Shown piece by piece: positions 40,342-51,100 of a stretch of 60,073 nucleotides of DNA. The stretch's first letter is position 1. Each line of letters begins with the position of its first letter. The notes beneath the pieces were generated by a model, which made no database searches, had not been told where the DNA came from, and saw nothing but the letters and a program-made list of their open reading frames with translations. The stretch is from a virus: IMG/VR virus record IMGVR_UViG_3300032087_004980. One strand, written 5' to 3'. The position numbers and the translations under genes were made by a program.

Positions 40342-41472
40342 ATGGAAAATATTTCAAAGTTTGAGATTGTTGACAGCCCAGAGGCGTTGCAACAGTCTAT
40401 GGCGTCAGAGGCCGCTGCACCAGTTCAAGAGACAGCACCTGTGCAGGACAACGTCCCGCCAGCTGTCCCTCAACCAGAGCCTACGCCAGACAATCAACCA
40501 CAGGCCCCACAGCCTGAGCAGCCAATGGAGTCTACGCCTTATGTAGATCCAGAACCTGCACCTGTACAAGAAACCCCCGCTGCTTCGCCGCAGTATTCAG
40601 ATCAAGAAATCGAAGGCGCTGTCTTCTCATTTCTCAGCGAGAGGCTGGGTAGAGACGTGAGCTCATTTGATGACTTGACTTACCAGGCGGAGCCGCAACG
40701 CGCTTTGGATGAACGAGTTGAAGCTATTGCTAAGTTCGTTGAGGAAACAGGTAGAAAGCCAGAAGATTGGTTCGCATACCAGTCGTTGAATCCGTCTGAG
40801 ATGGACGATTTAACCGCTGTTAGAATCAACATGGCCTCTAAGTATCCCAACCTTACGCAAGACGAAGTAGGCTTGTTGGTTCAGAGCAAATACAAGCTCG
40901 ATTCTGACATGTACTCAGACGAGGAAGTTCGCATGTCTCAGTTGCAACTGAAGATTGATGGAGCGGAAGCAAAGCAAGGGATTAGTTCTCTTCGCGATTC
41001 TTACGCAGCCCCTCAGGCTGAAGAGCAACCCACGGGAGATGTTGAGGGCTTCATCGACGATGAATGGATCAGCAAGATGGAAAGAGAAGTAGATTCGCTT
41101 ACTGGGTTGGAGTTCGACCTGGGTAACGAAAAGTCCTTTACTTTTTCTCTTGACGATTCTTACAAGTCAGAGCTCAAGAGCAAAAACGCTCGTCTAGAGC
41201 AATTCTTTGACCCGTATGTCCGTGAGGACGGAAGCTGGGATTACGATACTCTGTCTTCGCACAGGGCTTTGATTGATAACGTAGACAAAATTATTCAGTC
41301 CGCGTACAAACAAGGCATGAGCGATGGTCAGCGCAACGTGGTTACTACAGCAGCCAACGTATCTATGGATACTCCTCAAACAGGAAATACAGGTCAAGAA
41401 GTTTCTCCACTTGTTGCTGGCCTAAAACAAATAATTAAAGGCCAGTCAAATAAGATGTCTTTTAAAATCTAA
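40342..41472 (+). CDS. Scaffolding protein candidate
   Basis: 376 aa, acidic, with a Pro/Gln/Glu-rich N-terminus. Lies immediately upstream of the capsid-size gene. Confidence 0.45.
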   Translation: MENISKFEIVDSPEALQQSMASEAAAPVQETAPVQDNVPPAVPQPEPTPDNQPQAPQPEQPMESTPYVDPEPAPVQETPAASPQYSDQEIEGAVFSFLSERLGRDVSSFDDLTYQAEPQRALDERVEAIAKFVEETGRKPEDWFAYQSLNPSEMDDLTAVRINMASKYPNLTQDEVGLLVQSKYKLDSDMYSDEEVRMSQLQLKIDGAEAKQGISSLRDSYAAPQAEEQPTGDVEGFIDDEWISKMEREVDSLTGLEFDLGNEKSFTFSLDDSYKSELKSKNARLEQFFDPYVREDGSWDYDTLSSHRALIDNVDKIIQSAYKQGMSDGQRNVVTTAANVSMDTPQTGNTGQEVSPLVAGLKQIIKGQSNKMSFKI

Positions 41473-41484
41473 AACTAAAAAATT

Positions 41485-42942
41485 ATGGCAACTATAACTG
41501 GTGCTACATATAACGAGGCGGTTCAAAGCATCGCTACAAATCCAGAAAAATACTCTGCGATTGGTGAACTCTTGAACGCTGCTGCGTCTGGTGTGAATGA
41601 ATTGGGTAAGCCTGATGTGTCAGAGCTTCTCGTTGAAACTTACGGTGATCAGGGCATCACTGGCTTTTTGAAACTGACTGGTGCTGTCTCTTCAGCTGGC
41701 GCTTCTGATCAGGTTGAATTTTACGAAGTGGGTCGTCGTCACAGACGCTTGAACTACAATTCTTCTGGGTTCTCCGTCGTCACGGGCACCACTCCAGACA
41801 TTTTGGTAATTACTCAGGCCAACCTTGAAATCGAAGATGGCACTACTGATGTTGGTTCCGCAGACTTCGAGAAGGGTGATATCTTCTTGGAGCCAGAAAC
41901 TGGTGTGCGTTTGGTGTACAGAGGACTGGACGCTGACTCTCAGACAGGTCACACCTTTGCAAGACTCGACGGAACTAACGTTGTGATTGGTGACGTTGAC
42001 AACACCAATGGCGGTACTTTGATCCACATTGGAAACATGTACTCTCAGGGTTCAGAGCAGCCTGCCAACTTCATGGAGCCAAATGTGAAGCGTCGCATCA
42101 ACAGCTACGCTATCGTCAAGGATCGTTTCCAGGTGAATGGCTCTCAAGCCACCAACGTTGGATACGTGAACATTGGCAATGGCGACTACCGCTGGTTCAT
42201 GTACGGTGAGCAAGAAGCTCGTAAGCGCTTTGAGGATCGTCGTGAAATGATCTTGTTGTTTGGTGAGCAAAATGCTGGAGTCAACATTGTTGAGACCACT
42301 GCAAACACCACTGGAAAAAACTCAAACTTTGCAGGCACTGAAGGATATATCACTGCATTGCAGGACAGAGGTATTCAAGTGGCGGGTGAAATGCAAGCAT
42401 TGGCTGACTTTGACGCTTTGATTGCTGAGCTTGACGCAAACGGAGCCGTGTCTGAATACGCTATGTACGTCAACAGATCACAAGATTTGGCTATTGACGA
42501 CATGTTGGCTTCAGGTGTTGCTACACAGGTGACTGCAGGCTTGCCTGGTCAGTTTGGTGCCTTTAACAACGATGCTGACATGGCTGTCAAGTTGGGCTTC
42601 AAGTCCTTTACTCGTGGCGGATACACCTTCCACAAGCACGACTTCAAGCTCTTGAACGATCCTTCTTTGTTGGGAGCTCCTAACAGCGGTAAGTTCAAAG
42701 GTGTCATGTGCCCATTGACTAGCGTTGCTGATGCCCGCACTGGCGTGTCTGCTCCTGCCTTGGAGATGAAGTACAAGGCCTCTAATGGTTACAGCCGTGA
42801 GATGGAGCACTGGGTGACTGGTGGCGGAATCATGGGTCACACTAACGGTGACGCTGGTCGCGATGTGATGACCTTCCACTACCGTTCTGAAGTGTGCTTG
42901 TTGACTCGCGCTGCTAACCAGCACGTCCTTATCAGATCGTAA
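41485..42942 (+). CDS. Major capsid protein candidate
   Basis: 485 aa ORF after the scaffold-like gene, followed by a hairpin and T-run. Codon usage is distinct (many GGT/GCT/CGT). Confidence 0.6.
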   Translation: MATITGATYNEAVQSIATNPEKYSAIGELLNAAASGVNELGKPDVSELLVETYGDQGITGFLKLTGAVSSAGASDQVEFYEVGRRHRRLNYNSSGFSVVTGTTPDILVITQANLEIEDGTTDVGSADFEKGDIFLEPETGVRLVYRGLDADSQTGHTFARLDGTNVVIGDVDNTNGGTLIHIGNMYSQGSEQPANFMEPNVKRRINSYAIVKDRFQVNGSQATNVGYVNIGNGDYRWFMYGEQEARKRFEDRREMILLFGEQNAGVNIVETTANTTGKNSNFAGTEGYITALQDRGIQVAGEMQALADFDALIAELDANGAVSEYAMYVNRSQDLAIDDMLASGVATQVTAGLPGQFGAFNNDADMAVKLGFKSFTRGGYTFHKHDFKLLNDPSLLGAPNSGKFKGVMCPLTSVADARTGVSAPALEMKYKASNGYSREMEHWVTGGGIMGHTNGDAGRDVMTFHYRSEVCLLTRAANQHVLIRS

Positions 42943-42961
42943 TAATCCAAAGTGAAGGGTG

Positions 42962-42989
42962 GGGGCTTTGCCCCTGCCCCTAACTTTTT
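42962..42989 (+). terminator. Hairpin plus T-run after the capsid gene
   Basis: GGGGC-ttt-GCCCC, then ..taacTTTTT. Confidence 0.5.
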
Positions 42990-43001
42990 AAAAAAGAAAG
43001 A

Positions 43002-44114
43002 ATGTCTACTAAACATATTTTCCCAATAGTTCTGGAGGGTGCTCAGCAGTCAGTGACTGGCGCTGGCAGCAGCACGGCTTGGGATGGATTGACGAGCTAC
43101 ATTGAAGTTGATTCTTCTGCTGCTGGTGAAACCATCACGATTGGCAATGGCACCGTTCCTGGATCACTCGTTACCGTGATCAAAAAGGGTTCCGCAAATG
43201 AAATCCTGGTGGACGCTACCACAGACTTTGATTCAGATCAGGGGTCCATTACGTTGTCTGAAGACGGCGAAATGTGCACTCTGTTTTGGAACGACGTCAG
43301 CTGGAGAGTCTTTAACCAGGCTGAAGGTGGAATGACAAATGACATCAAGAAGGGTACTGACAGATGGATTCATGAAGAATACTTCTTGCAGCGTCCCGCC
43401 TTGAATGCTGACTTTGATGCAGCTTATACAGTTGAAGTTGCTAGAGCAGCCAACAGAAACTTTGAGGTTGCTGGAACAAACATGACCACAGCTCTTTGCA
43501 CGTTTGACCACGAGTACGGGGGTGTTACTTTGACTACTGCGGGTGCTGACAATGATGCGGCGATTATCCAGCCTCATGAAGATTCAAATCAAAGCTATCT
43601 TGGTGTCGCTGGCGTATTTGATTCTCAGAACGAAGTTGACTTTGCTGCAAGCATTACTACTGGGGCGTCTATTGCTGACACTGCATTTTTTGCTGGACTG
43701 AAGCTGACAAACACTCCTGTTTATGCAACTGATGCTGATTCAATTTACTTCTTGTACTCTTCAAACGACGACATGGGGGCTTTGACCACCAATGCCAACT
43801 TGCATGTTGCTTTTAGCAGGGGAGGCGCTGATAGAATTAGTGACCTTGGTATTGCTGTCGCTGCAAATACGAAGTACGATTTGAGGATTCAAATTGATTC
43901 TGCAAGAAAAGCTGCTGTATTTGTGGATGGGGTTCAGTACAACATCACAACTGAAACTACTGCTGGAGGTGTTGCTGTAACTGCAGGAACTACTCGTAGC
44001 GCAGCAATCACAGACAACGTTGCCCTGAAGCCTTTCGTGGGGGTTCAGGCTTTGACTGGGTCTGCTAAAGCAATTAGAGTTCACTACGAAAAGATTAGCC
44101 GTAAGGTAAACTGA
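43002..44114 (+). CDS. Virion-module protein (370 aa)
   Basis: Clean ORF bracketed by terminators; beta-rich, Ala/Thr/Gly-rich. Confidence 0.75.
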   Translation: MSTKHIFPIVLEGAQQSVTGAGSSTAWDGLTSYIEVDSSAAGETITIGNGTVPGSLVTVIKKGSANEILVDATTDFDSDQGSITLSEDGEMCTLFWNDVSWRVFNQAEGGMTNDIKKGTDRWIHEEYFLQRPALNADFDAAYTVEVARAANRNFEVAGTNMTTALCTFDHEYGGVTLTTAGADNDAAIIQPHEDSNQSYLGVAGVFDSQNEVDFAASITTGASIADTAFFAGLKLTNTPVYATDADSIYFLYSSNDDMGALTTNANLHVAFSRGGADRISDLGIAVAANTKYDLRIQIDSARKAAVFVDGVQYNITTETTAGGVAVTAGTTRSAAITDNVALKPFVGVQALTGSAKAIRVHYEKISRKVN

Positions 44115-44134
44115 TTGTAGATGCATGATACGAG

Positions 44135-44165
44135 AAAGGCTCCTACGGGGGCCTTTTTCTTTTTA
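44135..44165 (+). terminator. Rho-independent terminator
   Basis: AAAGGCTCC-tacg-GGGGCCTTT (9 bp including one G-U pair), then TTCTTTTT. Confidence 0.8.
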
Positions 44166-44166
44166 C

Positions 44167-44174
44167 TATATTTG
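44167..44174 (+). promoter_or_regulatory. Late-type -7 box TATATTTG directly after the terminator
   Basis: TTTTTACTATATTTGtaaggaataaaatgcaATG. Confidence 0.45.
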
Positions 44175-44190
44175 TAAGGAATAAAATGCA

Positions 44191-45540
44191 ATGAAAAAGT
44201 TCTTCCTATTTAGAAGAAAAGAAGTGAGCAAGGCCAGCACCTTCGCATCTGACACAGGTGAGGGGGTTGATATTTTTGGGGTTGCTGCTGATCTCCTTGC
44301 ATTTATGACAGCAGAACAAGGTGGCATTAGAATGGTGTTCAACAACGCCACGCCTTACGAGGACAACAACCTTGTGGACGGAGACTCTATGCAGAAGTCT
44401 AGCGTCACTGTGTCTTGTGAAGAAGGGAAGGAGATGGATGTTATTGAAAACATCATGAGGTTTGTGGGATCAGACAACAAGTACAACATCTTAAAGTTTG
44501 ATGCGGTTGAAGGCTTTTCAAACCTGAGTAACCTCAATCTAGATTCTATTTCTGACGTTGTCTCTCAGGTCAGAAAAAACCCAGTGGAAAGAGCTACGGG
44601 TAAGAAGTCAACCAAGACATTCATTGGTGGAACCGCTGCTACAGCGTTTGGAACGCCCAACACTATACAAGGGATTGACTTTGAGTCATCTGAAAACAAG
44701 CCCATAGTTGACTTCAACGAGTCAGGTATTACAGTAAGTGCAGGTGTCAGCATTAATGGTTGGACAAACTCTGGTACGGGCGGTAGCACTTACAACGCAT
44801 CTGTAAATGGAACGCCAACAAAGCTTACAACCGTTGGAAGGGAAGGAAGCGGTGTTGCTACTGTGGCTGCTGATGTGACTACCACTCAGTACTTTATTCT
44901 GGCCAATCAGCTTGAGGTTGGTGATGACTTCACGATGTACATGGTTTTGTCCAACACGCCATCAGACATTCTTACTTTAAACAATGGCAGGATCGCAAGG
45001 GGGAATGTGTTTGGTGGTGATGACGCTACGTCATTTGGTTTAGGCGGAAGTGAGTCAGACGCATCTGAAAATTTGTTTGCGATTAGATTCGACACTTTCA
45101 CGGGAGATCCCGCCAAAGCGCCAGGCAATCCGCCTCAGTCTGTGACTGATGAAGCTGACGTGGAAACAATGCAAGTTCTTGTAGTAAGAAGGGCTAAAGA
45201 CAATGTGATCTTTATCCACGATGCTTCTGGTCAAATTATTTCTACGCTTGAAAAAGAAGAAACATCCCCAACCACAAGAACAGTTACGTCTGAGTACGGG
45301 TTAGTGTCTGCACCGCCCCCAACAACTTTAGATGAGGAAAGTGCATCTAGATCGCTGAATGAATCTGGAAGGTTGGATGGGGTTCTTGCTATCAAGAATT
45401 TTGGTGGTGCACCCAATGCTCCGTCTCCTAAATTCACAGGCCACATCGCCAGATTTGGCGTTATTCAAAAAGACATAGGAACAGAAAATGCAGCTTCTCT
45501 TGCCCAGGATCTGCATGATTTATACAAACCAATTTCTTAA
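44191..45540 (+). CDS. Virion-module protein (449 aa)
   Basis: Clean ORF with ATG start. Confidence 0.75.
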   Translation: MKKFFLFRRKEVSKASTFASDTGEGVDIFGVAADLLAFMTAEQGGIRMVFNNATPYEDNNLVDGDSMQKSSVTVSCEEGKEMDVIENIMRFVGSDNKYNILKFDAVEGFSNLSNLNLDSISDVVSQVRKNPVERATGKKSTKTFIGGTAATAFGTPNTIQGIDFESSENKPIVDFNESGITVSAGVSINGWTNSGTGGSTYNASVNGTPTKLTTVGREGSGVATVAADVTTTQYFILANQLEVGDDFTMYMVLSNTPSDILTLNNGRIARGNVFGGDDATSFGLGGSESDASENLFAIRFDTFTGDPAKAPGNPPQSVTDEADVETMQVLVVRRAKDNVIFIHDASGQIISTLEKEETSPTTRTVTSEYGLVSAPPPTTLDEESASRSLNESGRLDGVLAIKNFGGAPNAPSPKFTGHIARFGVIQKDIGTENAASLAQDLHDLYKPIS

Positions 45541-45552
45541 TTCTATTTAATT

Positions 45553-46407
45553 ATGGCACAACAAACTAGACGGTCTCCTGGAAGACCTAAAAAAGCCCAG
45601 GCACCTCAGATGGAGGACACTTCAGTTCTTGAACCACCAGCTCCCGTAAAGAAAAAAGATTCGAGCTTTGTAAAGTGGGAGGAAAAAGAGCGTGACAACA
45701 AAAATGTTGAATACATTATTGATCGCAAAGCAGGTATTGCTTACTTGGTGAAGCAGACAAATGTCACCGTGTATGACAAAGAACGGGACACTGTAAGAAC
45801 CATGAGGTACTGCCCTAATGAGCCGTCTATTTGGATGGACGAACAAAGCTCTAACGCTGTCCGTGGATCCATTGTGTTTAGATCAGGCAGACTTTTTGTA
45901 AGAGCTGAGCAGCCCAACTTGAGAAAGTTTATGGAGCTTCATCCAGACAATGAGCTGAACGGAGGAAATGTGTTTAGAATCGTTGACAAAACAAAAGACG
46001 CAGAAGAAGAGCTGGTCAAGGAGTTTGAGGTTTACGATGCTGTATCAAAAGTCAGAGACACAGATATTACAGACCTTATTCCAGTGGCAATGTTCTTTGG
46101 CGTAAACACAAGCGCTAAGTCTAGTGAGATTCGTCACAACTTGTTGCGTATTGCAAAAAGGTCTCCGCAAAATTTTATCGAGGCCTTTGACTCCCCTCAA
46201 GTCAAGACGCGAGCAATGGTGCAGCAGTGTTTTGACTATCAAATACTAACGTCAAAATCTAATGGGTGCTACTGGCACGACAGCAATAAGTTGATTGTAA
46301 GTACTCCTGCAGGCATGGACACACTAGATGTTATGACTCGATTTTGTCTAACAGAAAAGGGATCTCTTGTTTTAGATCGAATAGAATCAGAGCTTGCAAA
46401 GCTGTAA
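45553..46407 (+). CDS. Virion-module protein (284 aa)
   Basis: Clean ORF followed by a strong terminator. Confidence 0.75.
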   Translation: MAQQTRRSPGRPKKAQAPQMEDTSVLEPPAPVKKKDSSFVKWEEKERDNKNVEYIIDRKAGIAYLVKQTNVTVYDKERDTVRTMRYCPNEPSIWMDEQSSNAVRGSIVFRSGRLFVRAEQPNLRKFMELHPDNELNGGNVFRIVDKTKDAEEELVKEFEVYDAVSKVRDTDITDLIPVAMFFGVNTSAKSSEIRHNLLRIAKRSPQNFIEAFDSPQVKTRAMVQQCFDYQILTSKSNGCYWHDSNKLIVSTPAGMDTLDVMTRFCLTEKGSLVLDRIESELAKL

Positions 46408-46440
46408 AAGAGAGGCCCTTAGGGGCCTCTTTTGTTTTTG
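46408..46440 (+). terminator. Rho-independent terminator
   Basis: AAAAGAGGCCC-ttag-GGGCCTCTTTT, then GTTTTTG. Confidence 0.85.
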
Positions 46441-46448
46441 TATATTTG
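46441..46448 (+). promoter_or_regulatory. Late-type -7 box TATATTTG, 4 nt before ATG 46453
   Basis: TTTTTGTATATTTGctatATG. The box lies downstream of the ORF-track start at 46432, which argues for the 46453 start. Confidence 0.5.
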
Positions 46449-46452
46449 CTAT

Positions 46453-47253
46453 ATGATATCTGTAGTAGAAGTGTACAATGCTGTTCGCGATTTGTCGAAC
46501 CAGGACCAAAAGGGCTTTGTAACTCCACAGGTGTTTAACTCCTTTGCTGCCGCAGCACAGAACAACGTGTTCGTAAAGATTGCTGACAAGATGATTGCAG
46601 CAAAGAATGCAAGGATGAGAGGTATTGATCTTGCAGAGTCAGACTCACTGTTGGTAAAGTACAAAAACTTTATGTCGAATTATGAAAAAACAATTCGACT
46701 GGTATCAAGAGAAGGAGATCAGTTAGACCAGCCTGTATTTACATCCTCTGGAAGTGACATTGACACTCAGGCAATTAGAAAGCCTGCTGATTGTTACTCT
46801 GTCATATCCATATTTGACACAGAGGATAAGGCTGGAGTCAAGAACTTTGAGCTTGTGTACAACTCCAGAGATATGGCAAGGATTCTAAGAAGTAGTCTTT
46901 CTGCTCCTACAAAAGAGTTTCCTGTTGCACTTATTTCAAACAACATAGAGCTGTTTCCTGAAATGGATGAGGTGTCTGATAACGTTAGGCTTACTTACTA
47001 TAGGACTCCTTCCTCTAGAACCATTATGGCAGGTACGCTTGCTGCAAATTCAGTTGATACTTTTTCAAGCCCAAACATATCTATCCTAAGTAATCAAGTT
47101 CAATCTGCTGGTGTTGATTTGAGAAACAGTAGAAACTTCGATCTTCCTCTTGACATGTTTCCTGAGCTGATGGAAGAAATTACATCTATGATTGGAATCA
47201 ATCTTAGAGATCCCTTTATGATAAAGGTCGCTCCTAAAGTAGTTAAGAAGTAA
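46453..47253 (+). CDS. Virion-module protein (266 aa)
   Basis: ORF; start placed after the terminator and promoter box. Confidence 0.7.
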   Translation: MISVVEVYNAVRDLSNQDQKGFVTPQVFNSFAAAAQNNVFVKIADKMIAAKNARMRGIDLAESDSLLVKYKNFMSNYEKTIRLVSREGDQLDQPVFTSSGSDIDTQAIRKPADCYSVISIFDTEDKAGVKNFELVYNSRDMARILRSSLSAPTKEFPVALISNNIELFPEMDEVSDNVRLTYYRTPSSRTIMAGTLAANSVDTFSSPNISILSNQVQSAGVDLRNSRNFDLPLDMFPELMEEITSMIGINLRDPFMIKVAPKVVKK

Positions 47254-48155
47254 TGGCATACGTAGACTATTCAACAAAGGGGATGACGTATGTACCCCTT
47301 CGTCAGATTATTGATGATTTTCTTATTACGCTTGACGAGGATGATCATATTTCAAACGCTTCTGACGTTACTGTCCGCAACATTGCTTTGCGCGGTATAA
47401 GAGAGTTTGGCTTTGATGTAACCACCAGAATCAAATCTGTAAAGCTTAGTATTGACTCTACAAACGATACAGTCGCTTTGCCTGAAGACTTTGTTGACCT
47501 AACCAAAGTGGGTGTAGTGGATGAAGACGGCGTCATCCGTGTGATGCGCCAAAACAAAAACCTTAACTTTTCGCAAAAGATTGTAGCTGACAGAACTGGC
47601 GGAACTCTTCAAGATTCAGAGGGGTACACAGGAACACCCGCAGGCGACGCTACGCCGCCCCTTATGATTCAGCAAAATGCTGACCTTATTCCAAACAAAG
47701 AGGACAGCAAGGGCGCCACGGCTGGACAGGCGGGTAGCAGCTCTGTAGAGCTAAGGGAGGATGTTTTCAGAAACTACTTGTATGAAAATACTTTAGGTGC
47801 ATTGTATGGATTAGGTGGGGGTGTTGGTGCGGGCGAATACAGATTGAATCTCGATCAGTTTAGATTGGAGCTTGCAACAAACTCCAACACAACAGAGATT
47901 GTTCTTGAGTATATTTCAGATGAAGCGCGTAGCACCAATCCCTTGGTGCATGTATATGCAGAGGAAGCTCTGCGCTGCTATATTTATTACAAGGTATGTG
48001 AGCGTAAGCGCAATGTCTCTCTTGCTGAAAAAGGCAGAGCACGGGCAGAGTATTACAACGAAAGAAGAAAGGCGAGGGCACGCATTAACTCATTCTCTAA
48101 AGATGATGTCCTTGGTGTGATCAGAAAAAACTTCAAGCAGGCACCTAAGTACTAA
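47253..48155 (+). CDS. Virion-module protein (300 aa; adaptor or tail-tube candidate by position)
   Basis: ORF with TAATG couplings on both sides; precedes the giant tail-like gene. Confidence 0.7.
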   Translation: MAYVDYSTKGMTYVPLRQIIDDFLITLDEDDHISNASDVTVRNIALRGIREFGFDVTTRIKSVKLSIDSTNDTVALPEDFVDLTKVGVVDEDGVIRVMRQNKNLNFSQKIVADRTGGTLQDSEGYTGTPAGDATPPLMIQQNADLIPNKEDSKGATAGQAGSSSVELREDVFRNYLYENTLGALYGLGGGVGAGEYRLNLDQFRLELATNSNTTEIVLEYISDEARSTNPLVHVYAEEALRCYIYYKVCERKRNVSLAEKGRARAEYYNERRKARARINSFSKDDVLGVIRKNFKQAPKY

Positions 48156-51100
48156 TGGCTGTAAACAAAGTATTCCCCAGAGTCCTTTCTAAGTCTAAAG
48201 ACACAAGGGTTAGAAAGAAGACAGAGATGAGCGATGCCCTTAATGTAAGGGCAACAGAAAGTCTTGACGCATTTAAAAAAGGACTAGACGAGAGCGGAGA
48301 TGCTGGAAACGAAATCTCCAACTCTGGAAACATGGGGGTTGTAAAGCCTGTGCTTGGCAACACGATCATTGGTGTTGAGGGTTCAGGAGACGGAATCGTA
48401 GATGCTCAGTCTCAATACAGCATTATTGGAAGCGTTACTGATGAGGCAAAGGGCGTAGTGTATTTTTTTATGTGGCATCAGAATCCCAGCAAGCACGGGG
48501 TGTTGATGTATGACGACGCAGTTGGAAATGTTCAGATAGTTTTTCAAAACAGATTTTTTAACTTCTACTACAATTCAGTAGTTCAGGGTTCTGTCACGCA
48601 CGTTTCAAGCGTTGAGTCTGGTCAGGGTGTTGGTGAAAAAACATTTTTGTATTTCACAGACAACTATAATGAGCCTAGGTGTCTAGACATATTGGCCTGC
48701 TTGAGGGGCGACTACATTGGGTACAATGATGCGGAGCTTGTTGAGTTTATCTCAATGTGCCCAATCACACCGCTTAGGTCTATCGTGCCCGTTTGGGGAT
48801 ATGATCCAGTTAGAACATCGAGCGCATTTAGAAACTCTAGGGGTCTCCAATTTGCTTATCAAAATGTTTACAACAATGGCACTGTTAGTGCGTTTTCAAT
48901 ATACTCTAAACTTGCTGTAAACCCTGCTTATCTAGGACAAGGTGCTGACCCTACTCCTGACGTTGAGGGGTACAATTTTATTAGTGTTAGAATCCCAGAG
49001 CAAAGCAAGAACGTAGATTACATTAAACTTTACGGCAGGGAGGGGAATGACGGCGCCTGGTTTTACATAGATGACTTAAGGTCGTCAGAAGCTGCTGCAG
49101 GTTCAGAGTGGACGGGACCTCATAACGGTGATCTGGCTGTCAATGCAAACAATGAGGGAATTATACCATACGTATACTACGCTTATAGATACTATGGAGA
49201 TAGATTGATTTCTTACGTTCCTGAAGACATTACTTTCAAGCAGTTTGATAGCGTGCCCAAACTTGCGGAGGCATTTGACATCTGCAATGACAGGTCGTTT
49301 TTTGGAAACTATGTCGAGGGATTTGACAAGGTCGCTATTGATGCAAACATCTCTTACGTTTCTAGGCCAAGACCTGACGATTTTCAGGAGGTAGATCTAA
49401 AGCTTGTCCCAGAGGTAAGGGCCTTACCACAAAAAACAAACTTCAATCTTGAGACTGGTGAATTTACAGATCTTGTGCGCAATAGGGTTAGCGGATTTAG
49501 GCTAGACATGTCAGGCGCTCCAGAAGTTTTTGACCCTGGCACAACATTAAACATTAGCATTACTTGCAACCCTGATAAAAACATTCACCTATATCAGGCT
49601 CAAGACAGTTTTCACTCAAGCATTTTTGTCACTCACGACCCAGGCGGATCTAGCGACCTCAAAGACAAGGTTCAAGAAGATGGCGGAGCTGTTTTTGAGA
49701 ACACGCTTTTGAGCAAGGGATTCAATCCCATCCAACAAGCGCATGGAAAAGTAAGTAGCGTTCAATCTCCATCACTTTTTTCTGGGATGCCTAATCTTAC
49801 TGTTAAAGATTTGGGCTGGGATCCTATAGCAAACCTAGAGGAAACCTATCAAAACAGACCCTCTGCCGTTTGGAATAGCAGCTCTCCTAACGAGAGCTCT
49901 GCAGAGGTTTGTTACGGCACATCTGCGTCTAATCCTTTGATCTTAAGCGGAAGGGTCATGACTTTTAATGTAAGGTTGCTGGTAAACAACAGCATTACTA
50001 GGTCAGAACTAAAAGGATTTATTGGGGCTGTTCTCACAGGAGCTGAAATCATACTCCCATCTCAGGGTCCAGCGGGTCCTGGACAATTAGTTTCATCAGA
50101 TGTTACCATAATTGACGTAAAGAGTACGTCTAGTTATTCTATTGATTTAGGTCTAAACAGCTACGATTATTTTTCATCTCAAAGCCCATCAGGTCAAAAG
50201 GTGTGTTTTGTTACGGATCGAACTTTGTCTGAAAACTCAGAGCCAGTTAATCAACCTCCCTGCGGCTATTTTATTGTCAACAAGGCTGATGTAACCTTTG
50301 GTCTTATTGATTGTATCCACCCTACTATTTTTAATCCTAATAAAAAGTATGAAGATGGGTCATACTACGATCTAATTGGAGTCAATAATGTTCAAACAGA
50401 TGATGTATTTCTTGCATTGGATTTGCTTGATATACAAAACGAAGAAGTTTTAACATGCATCCCAGACATTAAGGGAGGATACCAAAACACCGCTAGCTGT
50501 AGATACCAAGCACTAATTGACAATCATGTCGAGTATGTTGCTCAGATTAATCCTGGTGATCCTGATAGTGATCTCCTCGCTGGAGGTGTATTTCAAGATC
50601 AAATCTTTGAATTTAAAGAATCAGAATACTTTGAAACGATAAGCAACCGTATCAGCGGGTGGGTTTGCTTGAGAAAGTCTGCTGTGGCAAGTCTTATTAA
50701 TGGGGCTACAGACATCTCTGAATTAACGAATTTGTTGACATCTGTGGCCACAAAAGTAGATGTAAAAAATATCTATAATGGAACCTATAGTGGGGGCGTT
50801 ATGCGTCAGTATCGTTCAGAGCCACCCATTAATAATAACTTTGCTACAGGAATTACTGGAAGTCTTGGAATACTTCAGTATCCTATTGGCACAGAAGATT
50901 TTCTTGGAGGGGCGAGCATGCCCTCCTCGTTGTCATACGGAGTCGAGCCTACAGTTTTCCAGCTTAGTTTTATAACTCGCCTGTTAGGATACATGGACCT
51001 TCCTGGTAGGGCTGTGGGTAGTGGCGGTGGTGTGGACCCAGCGCTAGATGGAGGACGACCTGCCTCTGACACTAACCCTTCAGGCACTTTGGTTTGCACT

